DNA of 64,000 nucleotides from the IMG/VR virus record IMGVR_UViG_3300044814_000107, positions 3,224 to 67,223 of that record, one strand, 5' to 3'. This document shows, piece after piece, positions 27,682-36,411 of the stretch. This DNA is from a virus (Duplodnaviria > Heunggongvirae > Uroviricota > Caudoviricetes). The position numbers and the translations under genes were made by a program. Below the pieces are notes generated by a model. That model did no database searches, was not told the DNA's origin, and saw only the letters and a program-made list of their open reading frames with translations. The stretch's first letter is position 1. Each line of letters begins with the position of its first letter.

Positions 27682-28412
27682 GCCCTCCTCCTGAGGTCGT
27701 CGCGCTCGGCGATCCGCCACTGGTAGATGTCCGGGTGGACGAGAGAGAGCGGCAGACCATCCGGACTCGGGATCTCCGCGTAGCCCGTCGATGCCTGGAT
27801 GTCGGTGAAGAAGAGAAGGTTCTGCCGGTACCACGGCTCGACGAGTTCATCGTTCCAGAATTCGCTGCGGATGAAGTCGTGCGCGTAGAGGCCGAACGTC
27901 TCGAACTTCTCGGCCCAATACGCCGGCCACTGTTCGTTCAGGTGGCCGTGTCCGCCCTGGCCGGGGATCGCAGCGGAGAAGACGATGCGCCGCGAGACGG
28001 CACAGAGTCCCGCGACGAGGTCGTCGGCGAGCTCAGCCGGCAGGTGTTCGGCTACCTCGAGGCAGACAGCGAGGTCGAAGGTGGGACTGCCCCCGTGGAT
28101 ATGCGCGATCTCGGCGCGCTCGTCGACGACGCGGCTGGCCCAGCTCCGGGAGCGCAGATCGACCGGGAGGAAGTCGATGCGGTGGGGATCGGGGGAGCCG
28201 AACGCCTCGAACTTCCAGACGTCGATCGAGTCGTCGGCGATGAGGACGTCGCAGCCGCGGTCGAAGAACGCGCGGCCCCACCAGCCTTCGCCGCCACCGA
28301 TGTCAGCGACGGTCTTCGGGAGGATCAGCTCGTAGAGGCGTGGGACGACCGCCTCGGCGCTGCGCTGGCATCCCTCGCGAATCCGTTCGTAGACCTCCGG
28401 CGAGAACGTCAT
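27678..28412 (-). CDS. class I SAM-dependent methyltransferase
   Basis: Motif I (VADIGGGEGWWG), an acidic loop (CDVLIADDS) and a post-I motif (DLAVCLEVAEHLP) are present. Confidence 0.75.
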   Translation of the reverse strand: MTFSPEVYERIREGCQRSAEAVVPRLYELILPKTVADIGGGEGWWGRAFFDRGCDVLIADDSIDVWKFEAFGSPDPHRIDFLPVDLRSRSWASRVVDERAEIAHIHGGSPTFDLAVCLEVAEHLPAELADDLVAGLCAVSRRIVFSAAIPGQGGHGHLNEQWPAYWAEKFETFGLYAHDFIRSEFWNDELVEPWYRQNLLFFTDIQASTGYAEIPSPDGLPLSLVHPDIYQWRIAERDDLRRRA

Positions 28413-28647
28413 CGCAAAACCAACCAGGCGAAGAAGACGATCCAGAGAGTGACAAGCGCGCCGATCGCGGCGCCGAGGATGAGCGTTCCTTTGACGAGGT
28501 TACGGTAGACGTCGCGGTTCCAGCGGAAAACAGCGACCGAGTCGGAGACCCACTGGTCGAGAACCGCAGCGATGCCCTGGCGTCTGCCGTGCTGGTAGCG
28601 CTCGGCCAGCCTGACCAAGCCGCTGGTGAGGGCGTCGCGAGCCATCA
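28409..28647 (-). CDS. small membrane protein
   Basis: Track ORF 28409..28759, trimmed to MARDALTSG. The ATG overlaps the upstream stop. It has a C-terminal transmembrane helix. Confidence 0.45.
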
Positions 28648-29310
28648 GTACCCGGCCCCCGAGCGGACGCCGATGTGCTCGACCTGCGGCTCGCCGTCGC
28701 CCCAGACTCCGAAGCGGTACCCCTGACGGACGAGCTCTAGTCCGAACCGACCTTCGCACTCTGGAAGTCCGTCGTCAGGCCAAGGGTTGGAGCGCATGAA
28801 CTCTGTACGCATGAGATTCGGGTTAGTCGTTAGGTACGAGCGGTGGCGGAGCCAGCCGCGCATCGCCTCGTACTCGCCGGGGCGCGACTCGACGAGTCCG
28901 CCGGCGGCGATCTCCTGCTCGCTCACGGCGTCCCGCATCAGCGCCATCTGCGCGAGCGTGTGGTCGGAGTCGAGGACTGCCGCGAGCTCGTGGAGGTCGA
29001 GGCGGTCGAGGAAGAGGAAGTCGTGCTCGAGCCAGAAGACGTATGGGATGTCGGAGTCGCACGCCCACGTCCAGAGCTGCCCGGTCGCGCGACAGAAGCC
29101 GACCTGCGCGGGACCGCCACGCAGCGAATAGCCGTCGCGGTGGCGGACGGTCCACTCGCTCTCGAGGCTCCGGAAGATGCCGTCGCCGAGGATCCGGACG
29201 TCGGCCGGTCGTGGCGACACGTTCTCGAAGAACGACTCCAGCGTCTCGTCCAAGGTCGACATCCGGCCGTGCGTGAGGACGGCGAGCTGGTAGCGGATCG
29301 CTTCCTCCAC
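28645..29310 (-). CDS. hypothetical protein, possibly a sugar-modifying enzyme
   Basis: The GTG start lies 2 nt after the CGACGACCGTAG variant of the start-associated motif. The product is protein-like (YVFWLEHDFLFLDR). Confidence 0.5.
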   Translation of the reverse strand: MEEAIRYQLAVLTHGRMSTLDETLESFFENVSPRPADVRILGDGIFRSLESEWTVRHRDGYSLRGGPAQVGFCRATGQLWTWACDSDIPYVFWLEHDFLFLDRLDLHELAAVLDSDHTLAQMALMRDAVSEQEIAAGGLVESRPGEYEAMRGWLRHRSYLTTNPNLMRTEFMRSNPWPDDGLPECEGRFGLELVRQGYRFGVWGDGEPQVEHIGVRSGAGY

Positions 29311-29311
29311 G

Positions 29312-29323
29312 CGACGACCGTAG
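29312..29323 (-). promoter_or_regulatory. start-associated motif variant (CGACGACCGTAG), 2 nt 5' of the GTG of 28645..29310
   Basis: One mismatch from CTAC-N4-GTAG. Confidence 0.4.
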
Positions 29324-29342
29324 CGGATCGAGCAGACGGCGT

Positions 29343-29825
29343 CTACCAGCTACCGCGCGTATCGACGCTGGCCGACGGCCATTGCTCGTCGGTCAGCGCG
29401 GCGACGTAGAACCGTTCAGGCGCAAGTTCGGGATGCTGGTAGCCGAACTCGGGACGCTCGAAGAAGCCGGCAAGCGCCGGGTCGGCGAACAGCGCCGCGA
29501 AACTCAGCGTCCGGTGGCTCGTAATCTCCTCGTGCGCGCTCCGCAGCAGAGCCGTCGCGTACCCCTTCCCGCGATGGTCAGGGTCGGTGCAGACGTTCAT
29601 CACGGCTCCGACGCGGACGACCGTCGCCGCGACTCCGATGCCGGCGCCGGGCGCGCTCGACGCGCGGACGAGGACGCTGCGGTAGGCGATCCCGACGAGC
29701 GCCCGAACGTGAACGATCTGCGGGTTCTCGTCGTCGAACTCCTGCTGGACGAGGTACTTCTCCGGGCGAGGCAGGTCGTCGACGGGGCGGCCGAAGCAGA
29801 GCTCGAGGAGCTCGTCGCGATTCAC
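29343..29825 (-). CDS. GNAT family N-acetyltransferase
   Basis: GNAT motif A is present (VCTDPDHRGKGYATALL). Confidence 0.7.
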   Translation of the reverse strand: MNRDELLELCFGRPVDDLPRPEKYLVQQEFDDENPQIVHVRALVGIAYRSVLVRASSAPGAGIGVAATVVRVGAVMNVCTDPDHRGKGYATALLRSAHEEITSHRTLSFAALFADPALAGFFERPEFGYQHPELAPERFYVAALTDEQWPSASVDTRGSW

Positions 29826-29959
29826 GCTGCGAGCCTACCGAGGATCGCTCGGACGTCCCCGACTTTCAGGCCGAGCCGCTTCGCGATCATCCGCGGCGGC
29901 ATCCCGTTTCTCGTGAGGCTGAGAACGGCCTGCTCGCGTTTAGCCTGCGGCGATTTCAT
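29822..29959 (-). CDS. small HTH DNA-binding protein
   Basis: Track ORF 29822..30037, trimmed to MKSPQAKREQAVLSLTRNGMPPRMIAKRLGLKVGDVRAILGRL, which is a LuxR- or sigma-region-4-like helix-turn-helix. Confidence 0.45.
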   Translation of the reverse strand: MKSPQAKREQAVLSLTRNGMPPRMIAKRLGLKVGDVRAILGRLAA

Positions 29960-30327
29960 CCCGGCGCCGGCGCAGGGAACCGCTCGGCGGCGCGGAGCTT
30001 GATCGGCTTTGGCATCCGCAGTTTCACCTTCGCCCACTCGTGCTTACGGCGGGGTTCGTCGTCGTCTCCGGTGATCCAGTCGTCGATGCTCCAGACGAGG
30101 TAGGCGACGTTTACGACGATGCACGGGAGCGCGAGGTCGGCGATCGTGAGCAGGGGCGCAGACGTGAGCAGCGCGATCTGGGAGGCCCATACCCGGAGAT
30201 ACGTCCAGCGGAGTCGGCGCCCTAGAGGACGACTGACGTGACGGCCGCGACCGCGGCGGCGCGTGGGGCATCCGACGATGGTTCCGAGTATCGCGAGTTG
30301 GGTCGCGCCTGTGATGAGCCAGATCAT
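29956..30327 (-). CDS. membrane protein
   Basis: Three hydrophobic segments. The stop overlaps the downstream start. Confidence 0.4.
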   Translation of the reverse strand: MIWLITGATQLAILGTIVGCPTRRRGRGRHVSRPLGRRLRWTYLRVWASQIALLTSAPLLTIADLALPCIVVNVAYLVWSIDDWITGDDDEPRRKHEWAKVKLRMPKPIKLRAAERFPAPAPG

Positions 30328-30551
30328 CGCGGCGTGCGTCCCTTCTTCGCGTTACCCAGCATGGGGGTTCGCGGCGTCCGTCCGTGCGTCTTCTTCTGGT
30401 AGGCGCCGCAGCAGTACCAGCGGTCAGGGTTCGAGATCGACGGCCCCCGGCTCGTCTCGCAGCCGCAGGCGAGCGTCACCGTCGCTATCGGCTCCGCCGA
30501 CAGCCCGACGAGCTTCTGCTTCGCGTCCTTCGACCTCGGGAAGTACGTCAC
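30324..30551 (-). CDS. small Cys-rich protein
   Basis: Contains CGCETS...WYCCGAY. The gene is overlap-coupled to its neighbours. Confidence 0.3.
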   Translation of the reverse strand: MTYFPRSKDAKQKLVGLSAEPIATVTLACGCETSRGPSISNPDRWYCCGAYQKKTHGRTPRTPMLGNAKKGRTPR

Positions 30552-30717
30552 CGGAGCCGGACCGCCTCGATCTTCTCGAGGACGCCCTCGTCCTCCTCGT
30601 TGAAGTCGTGCGCGACGATCTCGTCGGGGATCGCTCGGAGTGCGGAGACGCTGCTAGCGACTTCCGCCCAGGAGACGAGGACGGTCAGTTCGTCGTCGGT
30701 GAGTAGGAGCATCCGCT

Positions 30718-31032
30718 TCACGCGGGGCTCTTCGTCTCGAGGAAGAGCGGCCCGGTATCGTCGGTCAGGACGAGACCGTGGCGCATCCCGACCGCCATCT
30801 CGCCCGAGCGCTCGACGCCGAACTGCTCCATCGCGGCCTTCAGCGACTCGAGCCGCCAGTGCGCCCCGAGCAGACCGAGCGGCGTAGAGCGGAAGGTGTG
30901 GACGCAGGGTCCCGGCCCCTCCGTCCCGCCGGGGTCGTAGTCCTCGGTGATCGCGAGCATCGCGACCGCTTCGTCAAAGCTGACCGCGACAGGCTTCTCA
31001 GCCGTCACGATCGTCACCGCGCGAGAACGCAT
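30718..31032 (-). CDS. hypothetical protein
   Basis: The 104-aa product is protein-like. Confidence 0.45.
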   Translation of the reverse strand: MRSRAVTIVTAEKPVAVSFDEAVAMLAITEDYDPGGTEGPGPCVHTFRSTPLGLLGAHWRLESLKAAMEQFGVERSGEMAVGMRHGLVLTDDTGPLFLETKSPA

Positions 31033-31336
31033 CGACAGCGAGAGCGGCCGCTTCCTCGTCGTCCGAGTTGCCCTTCTCCCACACGGGCGAGATCCAGAGG
31101 GCGTACTCGATCAGGAGAGCGCGTTCCCGTTCCCGCGCTCGCTCGACCTCGGCGGTCCCGGCGCGCTCGCGATACTCGGTGATCGCGCGGTCGATGCCGT
31201 CGCCGAGCAGCGCCCCCGTCGTACCGACGTAGAAGACGCCGTCCTTCTGCCAGGCGAAGAGGTAGATCCCAGCGACGAGACCCAGCTCGTACGGCGAGAG
31301 CGGCTGGTGCTTCTCGATGGCCTCTTCGTATCTCAT
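30998..31336 (-). CDS. hypothetical protein
   Basis: The ATG lies 2 nt downstream of the CTACGGTCGTAGCG motif, and there is no separate Shine-Dalgarno sequence. Confidence 0.5.
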   Translation of the reverse strand: MRYEEAIEKHQPLSPYELGLVAGIYLFAWQKDGVFYVGTTGALLGDGIDRAITEYRERAGTAEVERARERERALLIEYALWISPVWEKGNSDDEEAAALAVDAFSRGDDRDG

Positions 31337-31338
31337 CG

Positions 31339-31350
31339 CTACGACCGTAG
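31339..31350 (-). promoter_or_regulatory. start-associated motif CTACGGTCGTAG(CG), 2 nt 5' of the ATG of 30998..31336
   Basis: Exact 12-mer. No separate Shine-Dalgarno sequence. Confidence 0.55.
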
Positions 31351-31533
31351 CCTACCCGAGTCAGTCGCGCCCATCCGCTCGTTCGCCTCGTCGATCTCGG
31401 CGTTCTCGCGCTCGAGCTGACGGACGTGTTCGAGGTTGGAGAGGCGCCGCTGCCGACGGCGCCTCCTCCACATGAGCCCGATCAGGATGGCCCCGAAGTT
31501 CAGGGTGCCGGCCAGATCGAGAACGAGTCTCAC
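31339..31533 (-). CDS. small membrane/coiled-coil protein
   Basis: An N-terminal transmembrane helix is followed by an Arg-rich stretch and a coiled coil. Confidence 0.3.
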   Translation of the reverse strand: MRLVLDLAGTLNFGAILIGLMWRRRRRQRRLSNLEHVRQLERENAEIDEANERMGATDSGRLRS

Positions 31534-31537
31534 CGTC

Positions 31538-32443
31538 TTACTTCTTCGCCGCCGAGTCGCCGAGCGTCCCGAGGAACGCGGGACAAGAGGCGTTCGCGCA
31601 GTAGATGACCTCGGCCTTCGGGCTCAGATGCTCGAGCGCCCGGAGCTTGAGAACCTCGGGGAAGTTCTGCAGCGCGTGACCGACGAGCGAGATCGACGCC
31701 GCCTGACCCTCGGCGAACTGGATGGCCTGCTGCGCCTCGGCGTGCGCCTGCGCGACCTTCGCCTGCGCCTGCTGCGCCTTCTGGACCTGTACCTGCTTGG
31801 CGGTGATCGCGTTCTGATACGCCTGCGAGAAGCCGATGTTCTGGATGAAGAAGTCGGTCACCGTGATCGAGTACGGGGCGAGTTCCTGCTTCAGACGTGC
31901 GAGAGTGTCGCGGCGGAGCTGCTCCCGGTGGTTCGTGATGTCGATCGTGTGGTAGGTCGCGGTGACCTCCTTGAAGTCCTGCAGGACCCGCGAGTCGACG
32001 AGCTTCTGCTTCCAGCTCGGCCCGACGTTCTTGTAGAGGGTGAAGACGTGCTGCGGGTCGACCTCGTAGTTGATCGCCAGGTTCGCCGTGATCTCCTGCT
32101 GGTCGTTCGTGACCGCGGAGTTCTCGGCACCGAGGACGAAGTCCTCGCGCTGGATCTGTACCGACTCCTTGACGATCGACGTCCAGGGAGCCTTGGCGAT
32201 CAGACCGGGCTGGGTCTTTACGCCGGTCAGTTTCCCAGCGAAGTTGTAGACGAGGCCGACCTGCCCCGTCCCGAGCAACGCGAACGAGGAGGCGAGCGTA
32301 AGAACGACCTCGGCGAGGAGCGCGAGGATAACAGTGATTGCGCCACCAAAGCGGCCGTCGGTGCCCTTCGCGGCTGCGACGAAGACGAAGAGACCGATCG
32401 CTCCGATGACGACGAAGATGACGGTGAGTACGAGCCAGACCAT
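31538..32443 (-). CDS. SPFH/Band-7 (prohibitin/HflC-like) domain membrane protein
   Basis: An N-terminal transmembrane helix precedes an SPFH core (GQVGLVYNFAGKLTGVKTQPGL...PWTSIVKESVQIQ...) and an AQ-rich coiled coil. GAAGGAGGG precedes the ATG. Confidence 0.85.
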   Translation of the reverse strand: MVWLVLTVIFVVIGAIGLFVFVAAAKGTDGRFGGAITVILALLAEVVLTLASSFALLGTGQVGLVYNFAGKLTGVKTQPGLIAKAPWTSIVKESVQIQREDFVLGAENSAVTNDQQEITANLAINYEVDPQHVFTLYKNVGPSWKQKLVDSRVLQDFKEVTATYHTIDITNHREQLRRDTLARLKQELAPYSITVTDFFIQNIGFSQAYQNAITAKQVQVQKAQQAQAKVAQAHAEAQQAIQFAEGQAASISLVGHALQNFPEVLKLRALEHLSPKAEVIYCANASCPAFLGTLGDSAAKK

Positions 32444-32467
32444 TGACCCTCCTTCGGGGGATTAGGA

Positions 32468-32479
32468 CTACGACCGTAG
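32468..32479 (-). promoter_or_regulatory. CTACGGTCGTAG motif, 24 nt 5' of the SPFH gene start
   Basis: Exact 12-mer, followed by GAAGGAGGG and then the ATG. Confidence 0.5.
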
Positions 32480-32601
32480 TAGTTCGGTCGGACGGCGTTT
32501 AGGGGATGACACCGAGGCCGAGCTAGACTGCCCCGCATGATCCTCTGGATTCTCGTAGTGGCCGTGATCGTGGTGCTGCTCGTGCTCCTCGCCAAGCACC
32601 T

Positions 32602-32853
32602 TTAGGCGGTACGCCACTTCCGGCGCTCGTGTGCGGCGATCTCGCGCGGGACAGCCTCACGATCCTGCTTCGCCTGGATCGCCGCGCGATGGATCAGCGA
32701 GCGCGCGAGCTTCGACGTCCTGCAGAGGCTACCTCGCGCGAAGACGAGCAGCGACCAGAAGACGATCCCGAGAGCCAAGCGGAAACGGATGATCTGGCGG
32801 CTGCTGAACTTCTCGGCGAGGAGACGGGCGAGCGGCGGATCAGGCTGCGGCAT
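32602..32853 (-). CDS. small membrane protein
   Basis: Track ORF 32602..32949, trimmed to MPQPDPPLARLL, which contains a transmembrane helix. Confidence 0.35.
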   Translation of the reverse strand: MPQPDPPLARLLAEKFSSRQIIRFRLALGIVFWSLLVFARGSLCRTSKLARSLIHRAAIQAKQDREAVPREIAAHERRKWRTA

Positions 32854-33541
32854 CAGCGATCCTCGCGAGGTGGTCGGCCCAGATCGCCGCGTAGGGCGAC
32901 TGGTCGACGTTCCGGCCGCTCGAGCTGACGTAGGCGCGGTACACGGCATCGGGAGCGTACACGAGGTGCGCGCCGGCGTCGAAGCAGCGGAGCCAGAGGT
33001 CGTAATCTTCGAGCGAAGACAGCTCCGTCCCGTCGTCGGTGCAGCCGCGGAACCCGCCGACCCGCTCGAACAGATCGCGGTGAACGGCCGTCCCGATGAC
33101 GCACTCGTTCAGCTCGGGCCACCGGCCCTGCTGCGGGATCCCGACGTACGGGTCGAAGCGGAGGCCGCGCGCGGTCTGCCGAACGTACTGGACGGCAGGG
33201 ATGAGCAGCGGCGGCGTCACCCAGAGCTCCTCGTAGTAGTCGTCGTCCTCCCATATCCCCGAGGGGTTGCGCTCGAGCGCGCAGTCGATCTCGCAGAGGA
33301 AGTTCTCGTCGAGCTCGTCGTCGGCGTCGAGGAAGATCAGCCACTCGGCGGCCGCGTTCGCCGCGGCGGCGTTCCGGGCCGCGGAGACCGTCAGCTCCGG
33401 GTAGTGCTCGACGACGATCTGCGGCCGATCCCCTTGCCCGTCGCGCTGCTTCTCGGCGGACGGGTGCGCGCGCGACCACGCGAGGTCGGACCACGGGTGT
33501 GCGTTCCCGCAGGTCGCGATGACGATGGCGAAGCGCGTCAC
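32840..33541 (-). CDS. GT2-family glycosyltransferase
   Basis: GT-A motifs are present: FAIVIATCGN, LIFLDADDEL (DxD) and EDYDLWLRC. Confidence 0.75.
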   Translation of the reverse strand: MTRFAIVIATCGNAHPWSDLAWSRAHPSAEKQRDGQGDRPQIVVEHYPELTVSAARNAAAANAAAEWLIFLDADDELDENFLCEIDCALERNPSGIWEDDDYYEELWVTPPLLIPAVQYVRQTARGLRFDPYVGIPQQGRWPELNECVIGTAVHRDLFERVGGFRGCTDDGTELSSLEDYDLWLRCFDAGAHLVYAPDAVYRAYVSSSGRNVDQSPYAAIWADHLARIADAAA

Positions 33542-34125
33542 GGCGTGGCCGTCGCTGCTGCCTCGGCCGCATGTTCCGGCCGTACGACGACGATCACGCT
33601 GGGGTTGGGCGGCGGCAGGAAAGCCTCTAGCCAGAGCACATGCTGGACTAGGAGGCGGGGGTCGTTACGGCCGTTTCTCAGTCGGATAAGTTCGCCCTCG
33701 CGGGGTACTCCTGACAGGACAACCTCCTGCCGTTCGCCGTCGGGATAGAGCAGAACGACCGGAGTAGCTTCCTGCACGGGCAGCTTCGAGGTTCCCGCGT
33801 CGCCCTCGGCGACAAGCCTTGCGACCTCCTTCGTGCCCTTGGCGGCCTCTTGCGCCAACCGCGTCGTCTCCGACTGCGCGGCCAACAGCAGCGCCGCTGC
33901 CTTCTCCGCCGTCCTCGCGACCTCCTCGCGCTGGCGCTGCTCCTCAGCCTTCGCCGCCTCTTCACGCTGCGACCTTCGGGTTTCGGCCTTCGCCTGCGCG
34001 CGCAGAAGCAACAGCGGTCCAGTGATGACGCCGCCCGCCGTAATGACTCCGGCCAGCACGACCCACAGGGGATCGACGCCGGGCGGGGTGATAGCAGAGA
34101 TGAGGAACGCACCTACGCCGACCAT
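33538..34125 (-). CDS. membrane protein with an EAAK-rich coiled coil
   Basis: Two N-terminal transmembrane helices, then AKAETRRSQREEAAKAEEQRQREE. Confidence 0.5.
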   Translation of the reverse strand: MVGVGAFLISAITPPGVDPLWVVLAGVITAGGVITGPLLLLRAQAKAETRRSQREEAAKAEEQRQREEVARTAEKAAALLLAAQSETTRLAQEAAKGTKEVARLVAEGDAGTSKLPVQEATPVVLLYPDGERQEVVLSGVPREGELIRLRNGRNDPRLLVQHVLWLEAFLPPPNPSVIVVVRPEHAAEAAATATP

Positions 34126-34325
34126 TCCCGCGGGACTTTACCCACCGCGGCGGTGGCCCTACAGGTCTGTCGTCCGACGCGCCCAGACGGAGAGAACGAC
34201 CATGAGGGCAGCGAAGGCGAGTTCGACGCCGCGGGTACGCCACGTCATCCACGGCACGATCACCGCCATAATCGTCGGGACGACAGCGGCGAGCCACGCC
34301 GACCGACAGTAGTACCGAAGCTCGC

Positions 34326-34580
34326 TCACCGCTCGTACTCCCGCGAGTCCCTTCCGAGCGTGACCTCGGCGCCGCACTCGTGCAGTCGCGCGGCCAGATC
34401 CTCGCCTGAAATGATCTCGCCAGCGAACCGGAAGACGGCCCCGTCGCGCTCGTACCGCGCGTACCGAACCGGCTCCTCGCCGACGCAACGCCACGTCTCC
34501 TCGAAGCCCTCGACCGGCAGCTCGGCGATGTGGCCGTCGCACGGGCCACCGATCAGACGGAACGCCTCGAGGCGGGTCAT
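34326..34580 (-). CDS. hypothetical small protein
   Basis: GGAAGGAGACGA precedes the ATG. The 84-aa product is protein-like. Confidence 0.5.
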   Translation of the reverse strand: MTRLEAFRLIGGPCDGHIAELPVEGFEETWRCVGEEPVRYARYERDGAVFRFAGEIISGEDLAARLHECGAEVTLGRDSREYER

Positions 34581-34867
34581 TCGTCTCCTTCCAAGTCGCT
34601 TTCGTCGAGCCAGCCGCGCTCCGGGTCGTTCTCGTCCTGAACGCCAACGAACGCGACGACTCGCCGGCCGTTCTCTAGTGCTCGGCGCCGCCAGTCGCGC
34701 AGGAGTGCGTCAGCCTCCTCGAGCGCCCTCCGCAGCGACGGGTACGTCGCGTCGCGCTCCGGGTTACCGTCGGCTTGGACGACGTAGACGCCGAACTCTC
34801 CGAGCTCGTCGTACTGCTGTGGGTAGCCCGCCTGGGGGCATCCGGTACCGAGAGCGATGCGAGTCAC
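34577..34867 (-). CDS. hypothetical protein
   Basis: This is the C-terminal 96 codons of track ORF 34577..35398, starting from the GTG at VTRIALGTG. That GTG overlaps the stop of the Zn-ribbon ORF (GTGA). The upstream part of the track ORF is Arg-rich noise. Confidence 0.4.
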   Translation of the reverse strand: MTRIALGTGCPQAGYPQQYDELGEFGVYVVQADGNPERDATYPSLRRALEEADALLRDWRRRALENGRRVVAFVGVQDENDPERGWLDESDLEGDE

Positions 34868-35017
34868 GGCCGGACCTCGTACGTCGGCGGGATCGCGGTC
34901 GCGACGCGCAGCGGGAGACTCCCGTCGACGACGACGCAGCCCGACTCCGAGCAGCGGACGTGGTCGAGCGGCGGATGGCCGCAGTACGGGCAGGGGTCGA
35001 GCAGGCCGGCGCGCTTC
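34862..35017 (-). CDS. possible small zinc-ribbon protein (about 51 aa)
   Basis: Own translation gives MKRAGLLDPCPYCGHPPLDHVRCSESGCVVVDG... The frame assignment is uncertain because of a homopolymer run at about 34920. Confidence 0.3.
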
Positions 35018-35550
35018 ATCGCTTCGTAGAACTCGACGATCGCGGCGGCCGCGCGCTCGACGACCGGCCCGAAGGCGAGTCCGAACTTGCTTCTCGAGCT
35101 CGCGGAACGCCTGCGTCATCCGGATCATCGCGCGGCGCGCCTCGCCGCCGACCCGGCCGCGCTCGCCGCCGACCCGGCCGCGCTCGACCCCGACGCGCCA
35201 GATCAGGACGAACCAGAAGACGAGAACGCCGACGATGATCGCGAAGGTCAGCACGTCGCCTCCGAACGACGATCCCCTCGGACGTTGAAGTTCGGGTGCG
35301 AGCGCCGCCAGAGCGCCCGAGCCAGCTTCCGTCGAACCCCGCGCTCGGTAAGCGCTGTAACGCTCTGCACGAGACGCGGCTTCACGCCGTCGATCCACTC
35401 GTTACCCCACGGAGGAGGACAGTGGAAAATCTCGCCGACCCAGAGGAGCCAGCCCTTACGCCGATAGCGGCGCCGATACGTCCACTCGCGGCTCACGTCG
35501 CGTCCCAGCGCGCGCGGCGCTCGGCGAGTTTCTCGGCGATACGCTCGATC

Positions 35551-36027
35551 TCAGCGGCCTCGCCCCAGCAGAACGCGCCCGGGAGGAGGTCGTACGGGCC
35601 GCGAAGAAGATCCTCCAACGGAGGGTTCGGCACGACGGTCGGCGGGGCGAATGGGTCGAGCGCGAGAACCTCGGCGAGCGTTCCCCTGCCAGACGAAGAC
35701 GAGCCCGCCGAGGAACCCGGCCGGCCGCGCGACGACGCGGATCTGGCGCTCTTCGTCTGAGGCTCCGGTGTCGTCGAGTCCCATCGCCTGCTGCCCGTAC
35801 TCGAGCACTACGGCGTAGCAGAGAAGCCCATCCTTCACGGCCTTCAGGAAGTCGAGCGGGCCATCGGACGACGGGAAGCGGTGCGGCGTGTCGTCGTTCT
35901 GGCAGTTGAGCGGCAGGCCGGTCTCCTTGTCCGTGAACTGGACCTTGTCCGGCTCGTCGTTCCAGGGACCGGCGCCCCACTCGCTCTTGTCGACGGTCGT
36001 GTAGACGCGCTCGGCGGCGTTACCCAT
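35551..36027 (-). CDS. hypothetical protein
   Basis: Track ORF 35551..36069, trimmed to MGNAAERVYTTVDKSEWGAGPWNDEPDKVQF. The sequence is protein-like. The C-terminal extent is uncertain. Confidence 0.5.
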   Translation of the reverse strand: MGNAAERVYTTVDKSEWGAGPWNDEPDKVQFTDKETGLPLNCQNDDTPHRFPSSDGPLDFLKAVKDGLLCYAVVLEYGQQAMGLDDTGASDEERQIRVVARPAGFLGGLVFVWQGNARRGSRARPIRPADRRAEPSVGGSSSRPVRPPPGRVLLGRGR

Positions 36028-36379
36028 CGCGGAGTCTCTCGCCGAACGCCTGCCCCGCCGCCATCGCACTATCGGGCGTCACCTTGTCGGCTAGATCGGG
36101 ACCGCCGAAGATCGGGTGCGCTGTCTGGAACAAGCGCAGCAGCTCGACCATCGTGTCGTGGCCGTAGTAGCCGCAGAGGTCGCAGAGGTAGCCGACGTTC
36201 GCGTCGGCGTACTCGGTATGGGCGCGGTACGCCTCCATGAAGGCGTCGGCCGTCCGCTGCCGATCCTCAGGGTCGGGCAATTTCCGGATCGCGTCCATCG
36301 CGTTCGCGATGTCGCCGAAGGTGGCGAGCGTTTCTCCCTGCCACTCGAACTGTGCCATCGGTACCTCCGTCGTCGTCAT
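36020..36379 (-). CDS. hypothetical protein
   Basis: The ATG lies 3 nt downstream of the CTACGGTCGTAGCG motif. An internal alternative start MAQFEWQ is preceded by GGAGG. Confidence 0.55.
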   Translation of the reverse strand: MTTTEVPMAQFEWQGETLATFGDIANAMDAIRKLPDPEDRQRTADAFMEAYRAHTEYADANVGYLCDLCGYYGHDTMVELLRLFQTAHPIFGGPDLADKVTPDSAMAAGQAFGERLRDG

Positions 36380-36382
36380 TCG

Positions 36383-36394
36383 CTACGACCGTAG
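36383..36394 (-). promoter_or_regulatory. start-associated motif CTACGGTCGTAGCGA, immediately 5' of the ATG at 36379
   Basis: Exact 12-mer. Confidence 0.55.
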
Positions 36395-36411
36395 CCTACC
36401 GGACGGACGGA

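Noticed and set aside
34577-35398. The full 273-aa track ORF as one gene
   Set aside because: The middle ~100 codons are Arg-rich noise that overlaps a better zinc-ribbon ORF in another frame. It contains a 21-bp tandem duplication (gccgccgacccggccgcgctc, two copies, at about 35150-35195). Only the C-terminal 96 codons were kept.
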